Assembly: GCA_027251445.1 (NCBI GenBank)
Contig: JAPNQO010000074.1
Coordinates: forward strand, 1 to 54,247
Direction: 5' to 3'
Length of the DNA: 54,247 nucleotides
From: Fidelibacterota bacterium
Lineage (GTDB): Bacteria > Fidelibacterota > Marinisomatia > Marinisomatales > TCS55
The position numbers and the translations under genes are program-made. Under the pieces are notes generated by a model. It had not been told where the DNA came from and did not search any database. It worked only from the letters and a program-made list of their open reading frames with translations. Below are positions 48,501 through 54,247 of the stretch, piece after piece; position 1 is the stretch's first letter, and each line of letters opens with the position of its first letter.

Positions 48501-50173
48501 AAGAATCTATATTTCTTTTTTATAAACATAAGTTAATTGAACTCAATGATATTAATCCTAAAGGAATTTGGGTCACATTATTAAGGAAAAACCATGGAAA
48601 ATCAGTACTAAGGATACTAGTACAAACAAAAAATGATGATTCTTATAATTTTGCAATCAACATTAATGAGAGTCATAATAAGGAGTTTATTGATGAAGAA
48701 ATAAAATGGTTAGTCATTATGGGGTCTTCAATTCATGGTCAAAAGTTTGTAGAAGAATTTGGTGGGTATTGGCCAGAATATAACTTGTATACTGAAGAAT
48801 ATATTCCGGGAGAAACCCTATCTCAATATCTTGAAAGAAATAGAAGCGAAATAGAAGAAAATACAGCTCCAGATCGATGGCAGATGCGTTGGTTACATTT
48901 TATTTGGAGCGGGACTGCTGCATATATCAACTTTTGGTGGAGATCAGAGAAAAAGGTACAAATTCATAAACCATCACCAAAAAATGTAATAATACCAGAG
49001 CATGATTATGCATCAGGAACTAGATTGATTTCTATAACAAATAGAAAAGATACTTCTGAAATCTCAAATGTATTATTTAGTATTTACAAACATTATATAG
49101 ATGATACTGAAAAAGAATATTTTGGTTTAAAACGAATGGCTGATTGGGAATTAATATTTTCCGTTATTATGCAAGAAACAAAAGTGAAATATGGTATTCC
49201 ATTGATAAAACAATTCAAAGATGAAATAAATAATGACAGTAATAAGAAAAATATTGCCAAAAATTATGGCCTGACAAATAAAAGAATTGATGATTTTCTA
49301 TTCGAAATTGAAAATGATGGAGTTTTAACAAAAAGGATGGTTTTTGCTGCATTAAGGTACGAACGTTGGCTTGATTTAAATCAAAACGCTACGCTAAAGG
49401 CAAGAACAGCTATCTTACAAGAGTTATACCAAGACTATAAACTTGGTGAACTATTAAGTGAATATCCAGAAACACGTGTACGCTTCTTTTTAATGACTTG
49501 TTTAAAAGATTCAAATGATAATCTTAAGTCATTATTGAGTGAATTAATTAAAGAATTACGAACACAAAAAGTAACTGAAGATGATCTTCAAAATAGACTT
49601 CACCATATACATGAAAATATAGAAGTATCAGATGAAGAGAAGTTTTTTCTAACACATTTAGTTTTTAAACATTTAGCCGCAGCAGATTATATAGAACTAG
49701 TAACAATGAATGAAGGTGAAAATAGCAGAGTTGATCTTGTAATGCTCTGCGAAGATAATGAAGGAAATGGATATCGAATTAGACCCCCTTTTCATCCAAA
49801 AGAAATTGCTCGATTTCACTCGATACTTATAAAATCAAACCTTGAACCTATTTTTCAAGGTGATCATGAATTTCTGTTAATTTTTGATATGAAAGACAGA
49901 TTAGTTGGTGGAGTGTATTGGAAGAAATCTAGAAAAGATGATGTAGTGCATTTTGAATGGATAGTTATTAGATCAAAGTATAGAAAAAAAGATTTAAGTA
50001 AGCGTCTAATGGATGAATTATTTAATCGATTAAAGAGTGGAAGAATTCAATATGTTATAGCTGGTTTTTTCCAAGAAGATTTCTTTTATAAACATGGATT
50101 TAAAATTGATCGCAACTTTGGAGGGCTAGTAAAGAATATATCAGAGACCGCAAATAAAACATTACCAGTATAG
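45557..50173 (+). CDS. Multidomain protein: long-chain acyl-CoA synthetase-like domain, helical/HEAT-like region, degenerate kinase-like domain and C-terminal GNAT
   Basis: YTSGTTDNPKG, LPLYHTF, GYGMTE, FHTGD, DRKKE; EEYIPGETL and PKNVII (kinase-like); IVIRSKYRKKDLSKRLM...FFYKHGF (GNAT). Confidence 0.75.
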   Translation: MNKPLTKHLTYINKLFGKEPDADELLKKAEELFESDTTQKTTHDFLELGHLSEINKEIYNSNKIDEWFEILLKLILQSKFTVGHLINQRARFYEEKECFKVINGNTIESFTYKDVWNKIIQIGQALSNIELNFKHKIVVGIFSENSLRGALIDLSCLSFHFPIVPIPATTTPDHLEYIIENSEITHLFIGGISVQGILRESKINKESLFIYHLDNHSEAIIKAHQWESFISKSVEYDEINVLKKINDCDMKDVSTVMYTSGTTDNPKGIVFSQENIISKRFARAIALPEFSSNDIFLCFLPLYHTFGRYFELLGAIFWGATYTFAESPYFKSLLKDFQISKPSIFISIPKRWIQLMDHADSIKTINQNNDETINSITSITGGNLKYGLSAAGYLDPDVFHFFQDNKINLISGYGMTEATGGITMTPPDDYQPDSVGKSLPGIEIKLAEDGELLIKGAYVSSFYFSKTNKPTSVNGWFHTGDIFKEKNGHLYIIDRKKEIYKNTRGQTISPQKIENMFQDFDGISSSFLVGDGLEFNTLLIYPDYDTLPIEFSKDNIKSIREYYSSLVQSVNSFLAPFERVINFAIINRKFIQDEELTQKGTFKRKIIIKNFDEIIYPMYQKNYVTLSYKEYQIHIPNWLLREKGISKNDIYWDGAYISIRNNSNKVKIQWDNNNLSIGSFSYTTHENFIDLQILLISPELWLGNTDFTDFIGKSIFRLSRFEQTDSIKLEFPLNKNGSEKNVNSSEKIENAVDLYDLHKSTFRLYNGDLKGLLAYNSLLQSKRDELKNIAFNVLLSFRQHDNVNVRLRVIETILPELSGELFYELFINTFQKYFNEKSNNEFLINVDLLNNEHFISILSQLGKYRKDLKSLEKFHLAFIQVLLPIVADYGVSHPTKYIWARSELYWWQIVECPKRILSLAQKEHYKLVNGFRSWIGPNRKLAIDRNDNTEYNWKDVIIFDELVGPKTKEALLAAISNTALIKESIFLFYKHKLIELNDINPKGIWVTLLRKNHGKSVLRILVQTKNDDSYNFAININESHNKEFIDEEIKWLVIMGSSIHGQKFVEEFGGYWPEYNLYTEEYIPGETLSQYLERNRSEIEENTAPDRWQMRWLHFIWSGTAAYINFWWRSEKKVQIHKPSPKNVIIPEHDYASGTRLISITNRKDTSEISNVLFSIYKHYIDDTEKEYFGLKRMADWELIFSVIMQETKVKYGIPLIKQFKDEINNDSNKKNIAKNYGLTNKRIDDFLFEIENDGVLTKRMVFAALRYERWLDLNQNATLKARTAILQELYQDYKLGELLSEYPETRVRFFLMTCLKDSNDNLKSLLSELIKELRTQKVTEDDLQNRLHHIHENIEVSDEEKFFLTHLVFKHLAAADYIELVTMNEGENSRVDLVMLCEDNEGNGYRIRPPFHPKEIARFHSILIKSNLEPIFQGDHEFLLIFDMKDRLVGGVYWKKSRKDDVVHFEWIVIRSKYRKKDLSKRLMDELFNRLKSGRIQYVIAGFFQEDFFYKHGFKIDRNFGGLVKNISETANKTLPV

Positions 50174-50689
50174 CATATAATATATCATAACACCTGTTAT
50201 AGAAACATAGAGCCATATTGGTAATGTTATTTTTGCGATTTTTCTATGTTTCCCAATATGATCATTCCAACCTCGATACAGAGTAATTAAAGCAAGTGGA
50301 ATAATTATCGCAGCAAGAATAATATGAGTTATAAGAATAAAATAATATAATTCTTGTAAGTCACCGATATATTCTTTTGGTCCGCTCTTAAACCAATGAT
50401 AAATAATATAGCTGATTAAAAAAGCTGTTGAACAAGCAAATGATATTAACATAACATTTTTATGAGCTTGTCTCTTTTTTTGGATAATTAATACATATCC
50501 ATATATTAACAATATTCCAGTCGATCCATTTAAAATAGCATTTAATGTAGGAAGACTAGATACGTCTACAATGCCCTCTATTCCTTCTGGCCTAGGTCCA
50601 AGTATTAAAAAAGCCACTGCAGCAGATACAAGGAAAGAAACGATATAAATTATTCGCAGCCAAAAGCTGTCATTACCTTTTAATAACAA
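50162..50689 (-). CDS. DUF420 membrane protein (oxidase assembly associated)
   Basis: LPTLNAILN, HKNVM, ILITHIILA, HRKIAKITLPIWLYVSITG. Confidence 0.9.
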   Translation of the reverse strand: MLLKGNDSFWLRIIYIVSFLVSAAVAFLILGPRPEGIEGIVDVSSLPTLNAILNGSTGILLIYGYVLIIQKKRQAHKNVMLISFACSTAFLISYIIYHWFKSGPKEYIGDLQELYYFILITHIILAAIIIPLALITLYRGWNDHIGKHRKIAKITLPIWLYVSITGVMIYYMLYW

Positions 50690-50690
50690 A

Positions 50691-51269
50691 TTATTGAATT
50701 TTCTTAACTAAGGAATGGATATCTCGTGTGAGATTTTCATGATCCATAGGCTCGGTACCGGAATAATACCCTCTAAGATTACCTTCATGATCTACTAGGG
50801 CAAAACGTGTACTATGAAATACTATTTCTTCTTCATCACCCATTTTAAATCCATTTGCTATTAATTCTTGTATTTGCTCATACTTACCAGTAACAAAAGA
50901 CCATGTGCTAATATCAGCGTCATATCTTTTTGCATATTTCTTTAATACTTCAGGAGTATCATAATCCGGGTTTACGGTAAATGACACAAATTTCAGCTTA
51001 TCTATGTCAATTAAATCATGTTGAACTGTACTCATACGTTCTGTCATAATAGGACAAGGTCCAGCACATGTTGTAAATATAAAATCTGCTAACCATACAT
51101 TCCCCTTGACACTCTCTAGGGTAAAACTTTCTCCATTCTGATCAATCAAATCAAATGATGGTATTTTCCCGATTATTGGTAATTCATTTTCTTCTTTAGG
51201 TTGCAATACTATAATTAATATTATTACAACAAGTAGGCTGGATAAATAAACCCATGGCTTAAATGTCAT
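50691..51269 (-). CDS. SCO1/SenC copper chaperone
   Basis: FTTCAGPCP (CxxxC), VNPDYD, HS; N-terminal TM. Confidence 0.92.
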   Translation of the reverse strand: MTFKPWVYLSSLLVVIILIIVLQPKEENELPIIGKIPSFDLIDQNGESFTLESVKGNVWLADFIFTTCAGPCPIMTERMSTVQHDLIDIDKLKFVSFTVNPDYDTPEVLKKYAKRYDADISTWSFVTGKYEQIQELIANGFKMGDEEEIVFHSTRFALVDHEGNLRGYYSGTEPMDHENLTRDIHSLVKKIQ

Positions 51270-51270
51270 T

Positions 51271-52152
51271 TTACATTCCTTTATCTATAATAATAATCAT
51301 CATCAATGCAGGTAAATACACTACAGATGCTTTTAAAATTCTTGAGGCATTTTTATGCGACTTATTATACAACATAGGAAATGCAGATAAGAAATAATAT
51401 AGTGTAATAATTAATACCCCATACATATATATACTTCCATTCATACCAATAAATACTGGAAGTAAGGTAATTGGAAATAATAAACTTAAATGCCATAAGA
51501 TCTGTCGTACTGTACGCCTTCCATTTGGCTCTATAACTGGGAGCATTTTAAAACCAGCTTTTTCATAATCATCTTTACACATCCAGGCAATAGCAAAAAA
51601 GTGGGGATGTTGCCACAAATATAATATGGCAAAAAGAATCCAAGCTCCTGAGTCAATACTATTAGTTGAAGCTACCCACCCGCCTACTGGAGGTAGAGCT
51701 CCTGGTATAGATCCTATGGAAGTATTCAACCATGTTATTCGTTTCATTGGTGTATATATTAAAACATACATAAAAGCAGTCAACAATGATATAAACCCAG
51801 TAAGTATATTTATCATTATTGCAAGAATTACCGTACCACTTATTACACTTATAATACCAAATATAAGTGCATTCTGCGGAGATATTATTCCCATAGGAAT
51901 AGGCCTTTTACATGTACGATTCATAATTTTATCTTGCTCGCGTTCAAGGTATTGATTTAATACGCTTGCACCGCCAGCTGAAAGGAAAGTTCCAATCATC
52001 AACGATATTAAATTATCCCATAATATTTTACCATCGGATCCTAAATAATATCCTAATATAGTTGTAATTAATACCATGATTAAAATATTTGGCTTCATTA
52101 AATCAATATATGAATTAAATATAAAAAAATATTTATTTGTATTCTTAATCAT
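51271..52152 (-). CDS. ctaB: Protoheme IX farnesyltransferase (heme O synthase)
   Basis: NQYLEREQDKIMNRT.KRP, YTPMKR, GALPP, WQHPHF. Confidence 0.95.
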   Translation of the reverse strand: MIKNTNKYFFIFNSYIDLMKPNILIMVLITTILGYYLGSDGKILWDNLISLMIGTFLSAGGASVLNQYLEREQDKIMNRTCKRPIPMGIISPQNALIFGIISVISGTVILAIMINILTGFISLLTAFMYVLIYTPMKRITWLNTSIGSIPGALPPVGGWVASTNSIDSGAWILFAILYLWQHPHFFAIAWMCKDDYEKAGFKMLPVIEPNGRRTVRQILWHLSLLFPITLLPVFIGMNGSIYMYGVLIITLYYFLSAFPMLYNKSHKNASRILKASVVYLPALMMIIIIDKGM

Positions 52153-52162
52153 TACATAGAAT

Positions 52163-53161
52163 CTACTTTATCCAATTCAATGGTCGCACATTTAAAATAA
52201 ATAAAGCACTAGTCCCAAGAATAATCGCACCGTTTAGCACATGAATACTTGTAATTAGAGGATTTTTCACTGTCCATATAGTCATTGCACCTAAAAAGAT
52301 TTGAATAATTAAAAGAAAGATCATCATTAATAATAGTTTATGAACAATTGAAAATTGTATTTTCAATTGAAATAGTTTTAAGGATAAATACCCGATTGCT
52401 AAAGAAACAGCTAAAGCTCCAATACGGTGTGCAAAATGTATAATAATTTGATAAAATTCAACAAATTCTAATCCAGCATCAAAATGCATAGAATGAATTG
52501 CATCAACCATAGCTTGATTAAATAATGGTAAAATAAACCCTCCTGACATAGGAAAATCTGGTATGGCCAATCCTGATTCAGTATGACGCATAATTGCTCC
52601 AATAATTAATTGGATATAAATAGTAATAGTGACAGAAATGGCAGGTATGCTAAGATGAGCAATATTTGATTTATTATTGATTATTTCTTTATTCCTTTTT
52701 GATAAGCAAAATGCTATAAAAATTGATATTAAAAGAAATGTCTGTGCAAGTATTGCATGAATAATAGAAATATATGCTGGCAAAAAGAATAGCACTGTCA
52801 ATCCACCAAATAGTCCTTGTAAAATCACAACTCCTAAAGCAAAAAAAGTTGTTTTCTTTAACCAAAGTTCATTATTACTTAAATATACAAATACAGAAAG
52901 AAGCAAAGTCATAAAACCAACAATTGTAGCAATTATTCTGTGGCCATGTTCATAAAAGATTCCACCAACCATATCTGATAAAGGAAATTGAAACATTTGA
53001 TACCCAAAAGTTGTGGGCCAATCAGGAACTGATAAACCAACTTCGTGACTCTTAACTAAAGCCCCAGCAAAAATCAATACTAGTATTGATAAAACTAATA
53101 TTTTTGATAAAGCTTTAGAAATAATATGAAATAGATTTGAATTAATATTGGTTGAAGTCAT
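52163..53161 (-). CDS. ctaA: Heme A synthase (COX15/CtaA family)
   Basis: GLSVPDWP, FYEHGHR, QGLFGGLTV, HFAHR, TSIH. Confidence 0.9.
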   Translation of the reverse strand: MTSTNINSNLFHIISKALSKILVLSILVLIFAGALVKSHEVGLSVPDWPTTFGYQMFQFPLSDMVGGIFYEHGHRIIATIVGFMTLLLSVFVYLSNNELWLKKTTFFALGVVILQGLFGGLTVLFFLPAYISIIHAILAQTFLLISIFIAFCLSKRNKEIINNKSNIAHLSIPAISVTITIYIQLIIGAIMRHTESGLAIPDFPMSGGFILPLFNQAMVDAIHSMHFDAGLEFVEFYQIIIHFAHRIGALAVSLAIGYLSLKLFQLKIQFSIVHKLLLMMIFLLIIQIFLGAMTIWTVKNPLITSIHVLNGAIILGTSALFILNVRPLNWIK

Positions 53162-53214
53162 AAAGTGATTTAAAAAAAAGTAAATCAGTACTTAAATTCT
53201 AGAGAACAGGGTTT

Positions 53215-54057
53215 TTACCAATCCTCCTCATCTCCCCATTCATCTTCTTCACTATCCTCGAGTAAATACTCAGCCTGAAGAGCTAACCAATCATTATATT
53301 CTTCATCTGTATCTATAGATAAATACCCCTTCATTCTATAATGACCCAAACCACACAATTGAGCACATGCTATTTCTAGTCCTTTTCCTTCACGTGGAGT
53401 ACCTTCCATTTCAGCCAAGAATTCTTTAGAAGTCATTGTAGCCTCAAAGTGAATTGGGATACTCATTCCTGGTATAGCATCCTGACCAACTCTTAGCTCT
53501 GGAAGTTTAAAACTATGAATCACATCTTTTGTTGTTAGATCAATCCTAATTTTTCTATTAACGGGTATGTGTAATTGATTAATAGTAAAGAAATCATCAG
53601 AAGCACCTACGCTTGATCGATCTAAACCAATTGGATTACTAACTTCATCCACAAGCTCAGGTTTTGAATCTCCAAATATACCATCAGGTCCTGGATAATG
53701 AATATTCCATGCATATTGCTGAGCAACTACACGAAGATGAACAATACCATCATTGGAAGAAGGAACATTATTTACTCTATTTGCCCATATTGGGAAAGCA
53801 AATCCAATAAGTAATACAATCTCGACAATGGCAACAGCAGCTTCAAGGTATGAAGATATATGTGATTTTACACCTTTATAGTCTGCATTAGAATTTTTTG
53901 ATGATCTAAATTTTATAAGAGTTACAATGAAAAAAGTGCCCCAACCAACAAATAATGCTAACATTAGCCAATGTGTTAATACAATGATTTCATCGATTCC
54001 TGGCCCAGCTTTTGATAAGCTAATGGGTAATCCATAATGTTGAAGAAATTCTAACAT
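53215..54057 (-). CDS. coxB: Cytochrome c oxidase subunit II (CuA)
   Basis: Two N-terminal TMs, AQQYAWNIHY, DVIHSF, DAIPG, CAQLCGLGHYRM; acidic tail. Confidence 0.92.
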   Translation of the reverse strand: MLEFLQHYGLPISLSKAGPGIDEIIVLTHWLMLALFVGWGTFFIVTLIKFRSSKNSNADYKGVKSHISSYLEAAVAIVEIVLLIGFAFPIWANRVNNVPSSNDGIVHLRVVAQQYAWNIHYPGPDGIFGDSKPELVDEVSNPIGLDRSSVGASDDFFTINQLHIPVNRKIRIDLTTKDVIHSFKLPELRVGQDAIPGMSIPIHFEATMTSKEFLAEMEGTPREGKGLEIACAQLCGLGHYRMKGYLSIDTDEEYNDWLALQAEYLLEDSEEDEWGDEEDW

Positions 54058-54067
54058 ATTTTATTCT

Positions 54068-54247
54068 TTAATTGTTGGATTCATAGTTTACTTGTGCGTG
54101 GTACAATTTTGATTTTCTATATATCGAAAATATAGATAAAGATATTATTAATAGAATAGCACTTATAAATCCAAGCAAAACTAGAATGGCCATATTTAAT
54201 CCTTGCGTTGCAGGAGCATCTGGTGCACCATAGCACGTTGCACATGC
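54068..54247 (-). CDS. Small CxxC-containing single-TM protein upstream of coxB (5' end outside the window)
   Basis: Hand translation: ACATCYGAPDAPATQGLNMAILVLLGFISAILLIISLSIFSIYRKSKLYHAQVNYESNN-stop, ending 10 nt before coxB; not in the ORF track. Confidence 0.65.
   Translation of the reverse strand, partial: ACATCYGAPDAPATQGLNMAILVLLGFISAILLIISLSIFSIYRKSKLYHAQVNYESNN

Noticed and set aside
53162..53214. Remnant of coxA between coxB and ctaA
   Set aside because: I could not read any coxA-like peptide in this 53-nt spacer, unlike the atuC scar.
53215..54057. CuA protein as nitrous oxide reductase, or CAQLCG as an inactive site
   Set aside because: It has two TMs, 280 aa and no beta-propeller, which fits CoxB. 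The residue between the cysteines ligates Cu through its backbone, so Gln is a tolerated variant.
1..54247. tRNA, rRNA, riboswitch, integrase/transposase or anti-phage defence genes
   Set aside because: Intergenic spaces are short and AT-rich with no recognisable structured-RNA signature, and no ORF carries such motifs. A covariance-model scan was not possible.

Overview
AT-rich (roughly 30% GC by eye), densely coding bacterial window with no rRNA, tRNA, CRISPR array or mobile element that I can support. Three proteins with T9SS-type C-terminal sorting domains, a PorV-family barrel and a carboxypeptidase-regulatory-domain TonB-dependent receptor (TBDR) point to the FCB superphylum. A Marinimicrobia-like lineage is my inference only. 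Blocks in order: (1) 1-4034, a secreted alpha/beta-hydrolase missed by the ORF track, ROK kinase, DUF302 and M20 peptidase. (2) 4151-18489, a large peptidoglycan/amino-sugar scavenging locus: GH18-CTD, NamZ, DacB, LdcA, APC permease, DUF819, AnmK, GH3 NagZ fused to an AmpC/AmiE-type domain, an atypical sugar kinase and NagX/HGSNAT. (3) 19377-25205, a reduced acyclic-terpene cluster (atuA, atuB, atuE, atuG) with readable scars of atuC, probably atuF, and the hydratase half of fadB. (4) 25212-32532, a Liv-type ABC transporter with acyl-CoA ligase and a MaoC pair. (5) PhhB, MATE, SLC13 and GAF-HD-GYP. (6) 38024-45479, a TBDR + T9SS-cargo + PorV triad with no SusD. (7) 45557-50173, a 1538-aa fusion of an altered acyl-CoA synthetase, helical region, pseudokinase-like domain and GNAT, which is the best candidate for an undescribed system. 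(8) A cytochrome c oxidase subunit II/assembly cluster lacking subunits I and III. All family calls come from motif recognition and recalled homolog sequences; no searches were run.
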